From a virus, in IMG/VR virus record IMGVR_UViG_3300012347_000211, positions 1 to 64,000 of that record: a stretch of 64,000 nucleotides of DNA; one strand, written 5' to 3'. Of the stretch, positions 21,523 to 31,277 are shown piece by piece. Every line of letters starts with the position of its first letter. The first letter of the stretch is position 1. The notes below the pieces were generated by a model. That model was not told the origin of the DNA. It saw only the letters and a program-made list of their open reading frames with translations, and ran no database searches. The position numbers were made by a program, and so were the translations under genes.

Positions 21523-23422
21523 TCGGCAGCTTTCTTAGCCTTCTTTGTTGTCTTCTCGGCAACTTCTTCGACTTGCTTAGTACCTTCTTCGATGTACGTG
21601 TCCAGCTTCTGGTTAATCAAGTCGATCACCTTCTTGCCAGTCTCTTGAACCTTCTCGTTCTGCGCGACCGTCTGTGCAGTATAAGCACCGACCATCATAT
21701 AAGCTGTACGCTCTGAGGGGATTGCGATGTTGATCGCCCCTATAATCAACGCAATGATACCAAATCGCTTCATCCACTTTTCAGCGAATGGCTGATTCTT
21801 TTCTTTTTCTTTGCGTGTACCTTCGCCGTCCCACGAATGGATCGGAAGCTCTGCCACACGGTACAAAGTGAATCCGGCGCACAAGGCACCAGTACCGACG
21901 GTCAGTGCAAGGAGAAAGCCACTGATCTTTGGCAACAAAGAGATGACGTATACGAGTAACGCGAGTTCCATTTTTTAGTCTTTCATAAAATTAGAGATGA
22001 TGCCAACAACTTCAGCATCTACTATCACTGTGGCGTCGTTGCCACGATTCTTACCAAACTGCATTGCCTTATCACAGAGCACTGCTAGCTCTTCAACCTC
22101 GTGGGCTCCCCAGCCACCCCTACAAGAAGCATAGAACCACTCATCGTCTTTCTGCGCCGCGGCCAATGCTTGTTCTTCTGTTCGGGTGAACAAACCGAAG
22201 AAGTATGGCTGCTTGTACTTTTCTACCAACTCTGCACGTTCTTTGTCGATTCGGGCTTTGCGCTTGTTGAGGTATTTGGCACATGCCAAAGATACATCAC
22301 TAGCTCGCAGCTCCGCTGTCTTAATCGTCATACCACTTTTCCGATCATGCTGTATATCAATGAGTCCAATTCTCTTTGGTAATCTCGACCAAGTCTACGG
22401 TTGTACCAAATCTTGGTCATCATCTCTTTGGTGCCATCTTCTACAAAGCAATCAATGTTGCGGGATTCCAACTCATCGATCAGCTCAGCATCACCGTAGT
22501 CTTCGATAGTGGTGATATAATCTTCAACCGCAAATCCACGGTCGCGCAATTCATCGGCTAACTCATAGTCGCCGAAATCTGATAAATTCTTACTCACAGT
22601 AGCATTCCTATAAGAAACCCAATAAGGAAAGACGCCAGTCCTACTATCACCAATGCAAGGCAATAGTACAAGTGGTCGTCAATAATTGTTTCGATTGTTG
22701 AATTCATCTTCAGTCACCTCAACAATTTCAGCGTCCTTCAAGTGGACGATATTCTTGTAGCCTGCTGGCTCCAAGCTCATATAACAGTCGCTGTGTGTGC
22801 GCAAGTATGGAACGAGTTGGCCTACTCGCTTACTGTACCACATCATCGAATCTGTACACCCAGTAATTCTCAATGCTTTCATTTTGTCAGCTCATCCATG
22901 GCTTTGTTCAGAGCCCAAATAATAAACCAGACACCAAGACCAATCAACAGGGATATGATAATGATGTCTAGTATTTGCATGTTAGAGGTTTTCTATAGAG
23001 TTCCCATCGGCAATCCACTTCTGCACTCGCTTGCGTTCATCGGAGGTCAGCTTGTGGGCGATGTTCTTGATGTATTTGAGGTCGATGAACATATCGTATG
23101 TAGATTCGACTTTTTGTAGATGTTCCATGAATTCGTCCACACGAGATACCTCAACCTGATTGAGCGTTACTGGCATCACGGCACCAAATGTTCCTGCACC
23201 AGGACCTGCCTTGAACTCATACCATGCGCCTGTACTCGTTTCGTCTAGTGCCACCGAAAAGAACGGTGCGCCGTGGCTGTACTTGTGAATCATCTTTGCA
23301 AGGCGAGCAAAGTAGGTACTTGCTGTATATCCTGGCTTCTGTGTGCTGGATATTGAACCCAGTGGCGATCCCTTGTTCGGTGTTGGCCATCCGTTGGTTA
23401 CGTCTATTCTTCGTTCTGTCAT
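21519..23422 (-). CDS. Seven hypothetical/membrane proteins (21519-21971, 21975-22331, 22328-22597, 22594-22707, 22679-22882, 22879-22980, 22982-23422)
   Basis: Coupled ORFs; two tiny TM ORFs read manually. Confidence 0.65.
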
Positions 23423-23931
23423 AATATTCTCCTTAACAATTCTGTAATCTCTTCATCGGTACTGTCGCCGAGGTCTTTCTCTTCTGTGTATACTGCGATG
23501 TCTCCAAACTTCGCCAGCCTCTTGCCTGCCTTATCGTTATCACATACTGCAATCACTGTCCTGTTCAAACATCGCAGCCAATTACGCAAGTCATATGGTG
23601 GGTCATTGCTGAGTACTGCAATGGCGCTATATCCTCGTTCAGTTAGCCTAGCAGCGTCGAATAGGCCTTCCGTGACAAACAGTATGTCTGGCGTGAGGTA
23701 GAGTGATTCTACGCCCCATACAGTATGTGTAGGCTGCTTTCTATACGTGTAGTATTTGCCGAGCTTAGGGTTATTGTTCGGTCGCTTCTCACCTTCTGGT
23801 CTGTACTGCTGGAAACCAACTAGCTGGCCACTGAGGTTCCAAAGGTAGAACGTAGCAACCCTTTCCACATCATCGATCAACGGACGGTGTAGTTCAATAT
23901 TAAGATGCCTCGACCGCAAGTGGTCGATCAT
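23419..23931 (-). CDS. Small Toprim-domain primase-like protein
   Basis: LVGFQQY, FVTEGLFDA, CDNDKAG, KDLGD; no Zn ribbon. Confidence 0.8.
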   Translation of the reverse strand: MIDHLRSRHLNIELHRPLIDDVERVATFYLWNLSGQLVGFQQYRPEGEKRPNNNPKLGKYYTYRKQPTHTVWGVESLYLTPDILFVTEGLFDAARLTERGYSAIAVLSNDPPYDLRNWLRCLNRTVIAVCDNDKAGKRLAKFGDIAVYTEEKDLGDSTDEEITELLRRIL

Positions 23932-24104
23932 CGGCGCCAGGTTAGCTGTACGCTCGGATGTTTGTTCTTCAGTCTCCATAATTTCCAAAGTGCGACGACG
24001 AACGAATTCCCTGCCCACACAGTAACGTGAGCGGTCTGGTTTTGCTCAGCAATCCACTTGGATTCCGGCCTACCCCAGTAGGAAACTTCATACGTACAAC
24101 CCAT
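23928..24104 (-). CDS. First gene of the early array, hypothetical
   Basis: AAGGAG RBS before MGCTYEV. Confidence 0.7.
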   Translation of the reverse strand: MGCTYEVSYWGRPESKWIAEQNQTAHVTVWAGNSFVVALWKLWRLKNKHPSVQLTWRR

Positions 24105-24125
24105 AATACTCCTTAATGTATCAGT

Positions 24126-24154
24126 AGTGTAAGGCAACTTTCAACAAAAGGCAA
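24126..24154 (-). promoter_or_regulatory. Sigma70-type early promoter heading the early array
   Basis: gTTGCCT-17 bp-TACACT. Confidence 0.65.
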
Positions 24155-24156
24155 CG

Positions 24157-24164
24157 TCTAAATA
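24157..24164 (+). promoter_or_regulatory. T4-type late promoter variant
   Basis: TCTAAATA 5 nt upstream of ATG; the same variant precedes gp19. Confidence 0.6.
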
Positions 24165-24169
24165 GCTAC

Positions 24170-25843
24170 ATGAACTTAAAAGAAATGAAAATGTTGGTCA
24201 AGATGAAGACCGCCATGGGCGAGTCCGTTGACCAATCTATCCTAGATCAGATTGCTGTTGAAGAGGCAAGGATTGCTGCTGAACAAGAAAAAGAGGCGAC
24301 AATCATCGAAGAACGCAAGAGCGCTTTCGGTGCAATATTCAACGACCTCGCTAAAGACATCGGTAAGCTGATGGAAGAGGACAAGAAGCGTACAGCTGAG
24401 CAGCAAGACGCAGTTGATCGTTTTGCTAGCTTACTGCAGACGATGTCTACAAAGCAACCGCAAATAGTTGAAGAAAAAACTAGCCCAGATCCTGAAATAG
24501 TAGAAAAACTTGAGGTGATTGTAGAAAAAACAGCACCTCAACCAGAACCAAAAGAAAAAACACTAGTAGAAGCTGCTGTCAGCAAGGTATCCAAGACGAC
24601 AGCACCGTCCATGTTTGTTCAACCAGAACCGCCTCTCGTTGACAGAGACATCAAGGCGATTCAACAAAAGCTAAAGTTGTTGGAGGGATGGGTCAGTAAG
24701 ATTTCCGCATCTGGTCCTGGCGGCGGTGAAGTAAACTTCCGCTACCTAGATGATGTTGCAAGATCGACCATGACGCCCAGTAACGACAATTGGGTTCTTG
24801 AGTACGATGCTACAACTAAGAAAGTTCAGTTTACCGAGCACATTGGTCCGATCCGAAGTGCCAAGTTTAACACGACTGGTCCACAGACTGCGCTGGTTCC
24901 TGGACAGATAGCATGGAACGAAGATGAAGACTGCTTAGATATCAGACACACAGATGGCACCACTCTCCAAACAGGACTAGAACAACATCTCAGAGTTCAC
25001 AATCACAATGCCGAAACTATGGTCAACGGCACAGTCGTTATGTTTGCTGGTGTAGAGAATACTAACAGCATCGCTATGCCCATCATTGGGAAATATGTCG
25101 CCGACGCCAACGCTTCGCCGCTATTCTTAATTGGTGTGTTGACGAGCGACATAGTGTCGGGTGGCATTGGCAGAGCAACCACATTCGGTTACGTTAGGAA
25201 TTTGAATACCACAGGTGCAGATGTTGGTGAAACGTGGGTTCAGGGTAATCTGCTATGGGGACACCCAACTATGCCTGGAAAAATGACCAATGTGCGTCCA
25301 TCAGCACCATATGTGTCTACATCTATAGCCGCCGTTGCTAGAGTTTCGGCGACTGATGGGCAGCTGCTTGTACGACCAACGATATGGCCGCGACTGTGGT
25401 ATGGTGATTGGTACGACACTACTAACCAAACAGCCGCATCTATTAACACAGCATATGCAGTCAAAATGAACTCAGTCAATGCCGTGTCTGGTTTTGAATT
25501 GAATGCTGGGGGTACTGTAATCAAGGCGCTCAATGCGGGACGTTATAACTTCCAATTCTCTCTCCAATTCACCTCCTCCAACTCAGCATCCTCCAAAGTG
25601 TATATTTGGTATCGTAAGAATGGTGTGGATGTTCCGCATTCCACTACCGTCCTGACCATTGCGTCCAACGGCGGTAAACTGGCACCGGCGTGGAATTTCC
25701 CTGTCTTAATGTCAGCTAATGATACGTTTACATTAATGTGGGCTGTGGACTCAACATCAGTCAGTCTGTCCGCAGAGCCGGCCACAGCGTTCTGTCCCTC
25801 CGTCCCCTCTGTCATCTTGTCCGTATCACAGACAAATCTATAA
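24170..25843 (+). CDS. Virion structural protein: acidic coiled-coil N-terminus plus beta-rich fibre/decoration domains with a C1q/BclA-like tip
   Basis: GGGEVNFRYLDDV linker; AGRYNFQFSLQF..WYRKNG.DV..S. Confidence 0.65.
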   Translation: MNLKEMKMLVKMKTAMGESVDQSILDQIAVEEARIAAEQEKEATIIEERKSAFGAIFNDLAKDIGKLMEEDKKRTAEQQDAVDRFASLLQTMSTKQPQIVEEKTSPDPEIVEKLEVIVEKTAPQPEPKEKTLVEAAVSKVSKTTAPSMFVQPEPPLVDRDIKAIQQKLKLLEGWVSKISASGPGGGEVNFRYLDDVARSTMTPSNDNWVLEYDATTKKVQFTEHIGPIRSAKFNTTGPQTALVPGQIAWNEDEDCLDIRHTDGTTLQTGLEQHLRVHNHNAETMVNGTVVMFAGVENTNSIAMPIIGKYVADANASPLFLIGVLTSDIVSGGIGRATTFGYVRNLNTTGADVGETWVQGNLLWGHPTMPGKMTNVRPSAPYVSTSIAAVARVSATDGQLLVRPTIWPRLWYGDWYDTTNQTAASINTAYAVKMNSVNAVSGFELNAGGTVIKALNAGRYNFQFSLQFTSSNSASSKVYIWYRKNGVDVPHSTTVLTIASNGGKLAPAWNFPVLMSANDTFTLMWAVDSTSVSLSAEPATAFCPSVPSVILSVSQTNL

Positions 25844-25855
25844 TAAGGAATTTAA

Positions 25856-26218
25856 ATGCTTTCATTTAAACAATATCTCAACGAATCCTGCGATTGCTGG
25901 AAGGGATACAAGCGCAAGCCTGGTACAAAGCCGTGCGCTGAGGGTTCCTGCGTCAAAGAAGAGTCTGAAATCGACGAAGCTACATACCAAGGCAAGAAAG
26001 TTCCATTGAACAAGCCGATGGCCGGTGACGTCAAGAAGTCTAAAGTATACGTCGATCCAGACGGAGACGGCAAAGCTAAAAAGGTCAACTTTGGCGACAA
26101 GAATATGACCATCAAAAAGAACATTCCTTCTCGTCGCAGCTCGTTCAGAGCACGTCACAACTGCGATGAGCCAGGACCAAAGGATAAAGCACGCTATTGG
26201 TCATGCAAAGCGTGGTAA
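25856..26218 (+). CDS. Basic DUF6321-like protein, probable internal head protein
   Basis: MLSFKQYLNE start; KKVNFGD..SFRARHNC..ARYWSC. Confidence 0.7.
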   Translation: MLSFKQYLNESCDCWKGYKRKPGTKPCAEGSCVKEESEIDEATYQGKKVPLNKPMAGDVKKSKVYVDPDGDGKAKKVNFGDKNMTIKKNIPSRRSSFRARHNCDEPGPKDKARYWSCKAW

Positions 26219-26221
26219 GAA

Positions 26222-26318
26222 TACACCTACCTTAGGACCGTTTAATTACGTAAGGTGTAAAGGAGGCCCCTGCCTACTACATCCCACTACGCCAGGTGGG
26301 AGGACACAAGTGGGGCAC
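26222..26318 (+). ncRNA. Candidate structured intergenic RNA
   Basis: Three hairpins plus a possible GCCCC/GGGGC long-range pairing; family not identified. Confidence 0.4.
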
Positions 26319-26351
26319 TAATTCTGGTCGAATGCAGGGTGTTGCAGATAT

Positions 26352-26359
26352 TATAAATA
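26352..26359 (+). promoter_or_regulatory. T4-type late promoter
   Basis: TATAAATA upstream of the fibre operon. Confidence 0.9.
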
Positions 26360-26401
26360 ATAGATCCAACTTACACCCAATCTAACGCACGAGGGCACTC
26401 A

Positions 26402-26746
26402 ATGGCAGCCTACACGACCATCGAACTAATAGTTAACCAAAAATCAACGTTTCAAGCGTCTTTCACCGTGATGGATGCTAATAGAAACGTAATTGACCTC
26501 ACTGGTTACACATCTTCCGCTAAGTTCAAACGCGATTATACTGCTGCAGATAGCACGGCAGTCAGTTTTGATACGTCTATCCCGACTCCAAACAACGGCA
26601 TTGTGTTCATTTCGCTCAATCCTGAACAAACTGCTGCCCTAGACGTCAATGCAAGGTATGTGTATGACGTCTCTATCACTTCGGGAGCTGGTGTAAAAAC
26701 TCGCATAGTACAGGGCGTTATACGAGTGAGCGGAGGGGTAAGCTAA
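26402..26746 (+). CDS. Fibre/baseplate adaptor (BppU/LtfC-like beta sandwich)
   Basis: IDLTGYT..K..G..ISL...QTAAL..RYVYDV..TRIVQG. Confidence 0.7.
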   Translation: MAAYTTIELIVNQKSTFQASFTVMDANRNVIDLTGYTSSAKFKRDYTAADSTAVSFDTSIPTPNNGIVFISLNPEQTAALDVNARYVYDVSITSGAGVKTRIVQGVIRVSGGVS

Positions 26747-29700
26747 TGGCATCCCACGATCAGAACCCAACATACATTGTTGCGGTAGAGACGTACCAAG
26801 ATGGCACAATTGTTGCCAGTCAAGGCAGCTCCAAAGTCATTCAGATCAATGGCCAAGGTATCAAGGGCGACAAGGGTGATCCAGGCCCGACATACACACT
26901 ACCAAAAGCAAATACCACCACACTGGGTGGCGTTAAGGTTGACGGCGCAAGTATCACAATCGACGACGACGGTGTTATCAGCGCTGCTGTTTCCGGTTCA
27001 AACGGAACAATTGACCTATCAGGGTACCAGACCGAAGTCGGCCTTGCATCCAACGTAGCTCAGCTTTCAGCTAATAGTGCTGCTTTTATTGGTAGCATTC
27101 CAGCATCCAACGTCGTTTCCAATTCACAACTGCAAGCAAACCTTGCAGGATATGCACAACTTACTGGCGCTACATTCACAGGAAATGTGTCTGTTGGTAA
27201 ACTGATAGCCAATGGAGGTGTTGGCACGGCTGGTCAAGTATTGACTACTAGCGGCGAAGGAAACGTATATTGGTCAACAGTCACTAGTGCAAGCAACAAT
27301 GCACCTGACCTCACCGACGTCAGTACACTAACAAACGCTGCATATTCGAATGCTATTGCTGTCGCATCGATCGATGCCCAAAATAAAGCAGCAAATGCAT
27401 ACAGCAACGCAGTATCTACGGCTGCCACCGACGCTTCGAATAAAGCAGCAACAAGCTATTCCAATGCAGTATCTACGGCTGCAACTGATGCATCGAGCAA
27501 GGCAGCAACTGCATATAGCAACGCAACGTCATATGCTGATACCAAAGCAGCTGCCGCATACAGCAACGCCACCAGCTACGTCGATGCAAAGATTGCAAAT
27601 TCGCAACTATACACAGATGCAAAATCCGCAAACGCATATAGCAATGCAGTATCATACGCAGACACAAAAGCAGCTACTGCTTATACTAATGCCGTGTCAT
27701 ATACCGACACCAAGGCGGCCGCAGCATACACGAATGCAACTAGCTATGCTGACACTAAGGCTGCAACTGCATACAGTAACGCAACCTCATATACAGACGC
27801 ACAAGTAAACAACGCTCTGTCGGTATCTGCAGCGAACACCTACGTCAACAATACATTCGCAACTAAGGTAAACTCCTCACTCTCTGGAAACGTCGCTGTA
27901 ACTGGCAATGTGTCTATCAGTGGAGTGCTGACTACCAACAACGTCACTATCCAAGGCAACCTCACGGTACTCGGAACAACGACTACAATCAATACCACTG
28001 AGCTGAGTATCAGCGACAACATCATCACGTTGAATGCAGATGCCAACGGATCGCCGACCGAGAATGCTGGTATTGAAGTAAACCGCGGTAGCTCTGCCAA
28101 CGTTGCACTAAGATGGAATGAGACTAGCGATAAGTGGCAGATGTCTGTCGATGCTAGTGGATTCGTGAACATAGCGTCCACTGACGACGTGACCCAAGCA
28201 TACACTAACGCAGTCAATCTGATTGGCCAGAGCAGTGGTGGTGGAACTGGTGATGCTGGAGTGGCATATGCAAATGCCGTATCCTTTGCGAACACTAGAG
28301 CCAATGAAGCATACGCCAACGCTGTAGTCGCAGCAAACACGCTAGCAGCCGCTGCATATTCCAACGCGACGAGCTACGCCGATACAAAGGCCGCTGCTGC
28401 GTACAGTAACGCAATCAGCTATGCAAATACGGTAGCTACATCGAGGGCCAATGAGGCATACAGCAACGCAGCTACCCTTGCGGCCGCTGCATACACCAAC
28501 GCCACGTCATATGCGGACACAAAGGCTGCTACTGCATATTCCAACGCGACCTCATATACCGACACAGCGTATAGCAATGCAGTCAGTTACGCAAATACAA
28601 TCGCGACATCAAAGGCTGGCGAAGCATATAGCAACTCAATCGGGTTCGCAAACACAATCGCAGCAACTGCGTACGCTAATGCCGTAGCCGTAGCCGCTAC
28701 TGATGCCTCTGGTAAAGCAACTACCGCATACAGCAATGCTGTGTCCGTTGCTGCTGCAGATGCAACAAGCAAGGCTGCAACTGCATACAGCAACGCAGTA
28801 TCAAAGGCTGGCGAAGCATATGCCAATGCAATCGTATATGCCAATACAGCGGCAGCAACTGCATATGCCAATGCAATCAGTTTTGCTAACACTGCAGCCA
28901 ACGCAGCATACACAAATGCAGTCGCATACGCTGCATCCAACGCATATGTCAATCAGACGTTCGCTACATTATCGGGCGCGACGTTTACTGGCAACGTAAG
29001 CACAAATGGCACCCTGACTACAGTAGATGCTGTAATCCAAGGAAATCTGACTGTATCCGGCACAACGACATACATCAACACTACGACGTTGAATATTGGT
29101 GACAACATCATCACATTGAATGCTGACGCTAGTGGGTCTCCAACAGAGAATGCTGGTATTGAAGTGAAGCGTGGTACGTCTGCTAATGCAACCATCCGAT
29201 GGAACGAGACTACAGACAAGTGGCAACTATCTGCTAACTCAGCAACATTCTTGGATATCGCAACCACAGAAGATGTGGCCGGTGCAACCACTTCTAGTAA
29301 CACTGCATATGCGAATGCCGTATCATACGCAAACACGATTGCTGCAACCGCATATAGTAACGCTGTATCACAGGCTGCGCTGACCTACATGCCGCTTTCG
29401 GGTGGCACATTCACTGGTAATGTTACGTTCACAGGATCTGCTATTGTCGCTAATGGTTCTGTCGGAACAAACGGACAAGTGCTCACATCGTCCGGCAATG
29501 GATTATACTGGACTACTGCTCAAGGCGGTGGATCTAATACAGTATACACTACAGGAAAGCAGACACTTGCGGGTAACGGATCCAATACTGAATTCACGCT
29601 CAGTTACAGCGCTGCCGAGGATGACGTGTTCGTGTTCGTGAACGGTATATATTTTCATCCAGGTGAAGATTTCTCTGTATCAAATACCACTCTAACATTC

Positions 29701-29799
29701 AACTCAGCTCCTGCGAGTGGCTCCCAGATCCGCATTAGATTTATGAACATGACTTCAGGTTCAGCTGCTCTACTGGGCGGAATTGATTTGGGCGCTTGA
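26746..29799 (+). CDS. Long fibre protein with 15-residue AYxNA coiled-coil repeats
   Basis: Short collagen GxY; repeats ADTKAATAYSNATSY; duplicated GNLTV.GTTT..DNIITLN..WNET.DKWQ domain. Confidence 0.85.
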   Translation: MASHDQNPTYIVAVETYQDGTIVASQGSSKVIQINGQGIKGDKGDPGPTYTLPKANTTTLGGVKVDGASITIDDDGVISAAVSGSNGTIDLSGYQTEVGLASNVAQLSANSAAFIGSIPASNVVSNSQLQANLAGYAQLTGATFTGNVSVGKLIANGGVGTAGQVLTTSGEGNVYWSTVTSASNNAPDLTDVSTLTNAAYSNAIAVASIDAQNKAANAYSNAVSTAATDASNKAATSYSNAVSTAATDASSKAATAYSNATSYADTKAAAAYSNATSYVDAKIANSQLYTDAKSANAYSNAVSYADTKAATAYTNAVSYTDTKAAAAYTNATSYADTKAATAYSNATSYTDAQVNNALSVSAANTYVNNTFATKVNSSLSGNVAVTGNVSISGVLTTNNVTIQGNLTVLGTTTTINTTELSISDNIITLNADANGSPTENAGIEVNRGSSANVALRWNETSDKWQMSVDASGFVNIASTDDVTQAYTNAVNLIGQSSGGGTGDAGVAYANAVSFANTRANEAYANAVVAANTLAAAAYSNATSYADTKAAAAYSNAISYANTVATSRANEAYSNAATLAAAAYTNATSYADTKAATAYSNATSYTDTAYSNAVSYANTIATSKAGEAYSNSIGFANTIAATAYANAVAVAATDASGKATTAYSNAVSVAAADATSKAATAYSNAVSKAGEAYANAIVYANTAAATAYANAISFANTAANAAYTNAVAYAASNAYVNQTFATLSGATFTGNVSTNGTLTTVDAVIQGNLTVSGTTTYINTTTLNIGDNIITLNADASGSPTENAGIEVKRGTSANATIRWNETTDKWQLSANSATFLDIATTEDVAGATTSSNTAYANAVSYANTIAATAYSNAVSQAALTYMPLSGGTFTGNVTFTGSAIVANGSVGTNGQVLTSSGNGLYWTTAQGGGSNTVYTTGKQTLAGNGSNTEFTLSYSAAEDDVFVFVNGIYFHPGEDFSVSNTTLTFNSAPASGSQIRIRFMNMTSGSAALLGGIDLGA

Positions 29800-29829
29800 T
29801 AAAATACAACTACCAGGAAACACATACAC

Positions 29830-30993
29830 ATGCCAACAACACTACAGTTCAAAAGGGGCAACACAGCAGTCGCTAGTGCATTCACTGGGGAGATTGGTGA
29901 GATTTATATCAACACCACGACAAAAGCTATTCACACCCACGATGGAGTTACTGCTGGAGGAGCTGCAATGCAGACCGCGGCAGGCCTATCCGCCAACGTT
30001 GCTACCCTAACTGCTAACAACACATCATATGTTGGATCGGTCACGGCCGCTAACGTCGTATCCAATAGCCAGCTCAGCTCGAACCTAGCTAACTACCAGA
30101 CAACCGCTGGCTTATCTGCCAACGTTGCAAAGCTGACGGCTAATAACACCTTGTACCTCGGTGGCATTGCTGCTAACCAATACGCATACGCTAATCAGGT
30201 TGGTGGCAGTAGCGGTCCTACTAATTATTTCAAAGGTCTACAGATCCTCGAGGACGTATACGAGGCAGTTGGTGCACAGAACATCATTTTCGAGAGTAGC
30301 GACGACAGTGTGTTAATCACTAGAGGCAACAATGTGTTGAATTTCAGAGTCGTTAGCAGTAACGGCAGTAGTACCGGATGGTACTCGAAGGCCAACACAA
30401 ACGCGGGGGCGACGAGTTTGTCTGTTCCTGCGGATACTTTGATAGATGGCGCAAACTACGCGCTACCACAGTTGATCGTTTTTGGCGATGATATGTCAAA
30501 CTCATATGGATCTCAGCCAACAACAGACTCTATGAGCTGGGAGCAAGTATTGAACAGCGGGACCATATACGTATGGAAGTGGACTAACCCATCAGTCGCG
30601 CCTGCAGGTATCAATTTCGAAACTGGTGGGGGTGGTGTACGGTTTGCTATGGCTCCAAGTTGGGATGCTACTCATATAGGCGAAACCCAATTCTCGCCTA
30701 ACCAGACATTTATGAGCTCAGTGGTCAATAAGTTGAACGGGGTCAACTCTTTGCCGTATTATCTGGCAGCGACATCAGAGGTGCACGGCATCACTGTTAT
30801 TACGCAGTTGGGCGTTACAGCAACTGCAGTTAATTGCACTATACACGAAACAGTAACTGGATACAGTGACACGTATGTTGTGTGGTCAATGACTAAGGCC
30901 CAAAGCGACCTAGTGTTCGATATGGCCGATATGATTACGTTCGACTCTACCGTGGCGCACTCGACGTACTATTGGTGGAAGCAGACGGTATAA
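29830..30993 (+). CDS. Tail fibre / receptor-binding protein with Mtd_N-like N-terminus
   Basis: LQFKRG..FTGEIGE..HDGVTAGG. Confidence 0.75.
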   Translation: MPTTLQFKRGNTAVASAFTGEIGEIYINTTTKAIHTHDGVTAGGAAMQTAAGLSANVATLTANNTSYVGSVTAANVVSNSQLSSNLANYQTTAGLSANVAKLTANNTLYLGGIAANQYAYANQVGGSSGPTNYFKGLQILEDVYEAVGAQNIIFESSDDSVLITRGNNVLNFRVVSSNGSSTGWYSKANTNAGATSLSVPADTLIDGANYALPQLIVFGDDMSNSYGSQPTTDSMSWEQVLNSGTIYVWKWTNPSVAPAGINFETGGGGVRFAMAPSWDATHIGETQFSPNQTFMSSVVNKLNGVNSLPYYLAATSEVHGITVITQLGVTATAVNCTIHETVTGYSDTYVVWSMTKAQSDLVFDMADMITFDSTVAHSTYYWWKQTV

Positions 30994-31003
30994 GGAGATA
31001 TAA

Positions 31004-31264
31004 ATGACAGCAGAAATAGATCCAGCAGTGCTGGCAGTGAGGACACGCAACGCTAGTATGTCGGTCCGCAGAGACCGTGATATGAGAATCAAAGACGTCC
31101 AGTGGCGAATTGAACGCCATCAGCGCGAACTGCGTCTTGGCATTCCTACTACAGAGTCTGATGAAACAATGCAGGCTATAGATCAGTATGTCGCTGATCT
31201 ATGCAGCGTACCAGACCAACCTGGATTTCCTATGGAAGTTCAGTGGCCAGTAAAGCCAACATAA
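31004..31264 (+). CDS. Tail fibre assembly chaperone
   Basis: VRRDRD..I..VQW..Y..DL..VPDQPGFP..VQWP.KP. Confidence 0.8.
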   Translation: MTAEIDPAVLAVRTRNASMSVRRDRDMRIKDVQWRIERHQRELRLGIPTTESDETMQAIDQYVADLCSVPDQPGFPMEVQWPVKPT

Positions 31265-31277
31265 CCAATAGACTACT

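Larger units (their letters stand above)
38..24104 (-). other. Early-gene array of about 75 small co-oriented ORFs, mostly hypothetical
   Basis: Contiguous minus-strand ORFs of about 35-170 aa with frequent ATGA/TAATG stop-start overlaps. The plus-strand ORFs here are shadows. Confidence 0.9.

Noticed and set aside
22643-22671. Promoter TTGTAC-17-GATAGT
   Set aside because: Weak boxes, inside a small membrane ORF (22594-22707).
697-23424. Numerous plus-strand ORFs in the early region (e.g. 697-1233, 11254-11943, 16636-17295)
   Set aside because: Antisense shadows of a fully tiled minus-strand gene array; no recognisable motifs.
26323-26339. tRNA T-arm-like CTGGTCGAATGCAGG
   Set aside because: No cloverleaf, and GGTCGA rather than GTTCGA; no tRNA found anywhere in the window.
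27330-28950. CRISPR-like regularly spaced repeats (GCATAYAGCAAYGC)
   Set aside because: Degenerate at third codon positions and in frame: protein repeats.
29830-30993. Diversity-generating retroelement target (Mtd-like)
   Set aside because: Only the N-terminal anchor is Mtd-like; no template repeat, CLec variable region or reverse transcriptase in the window.
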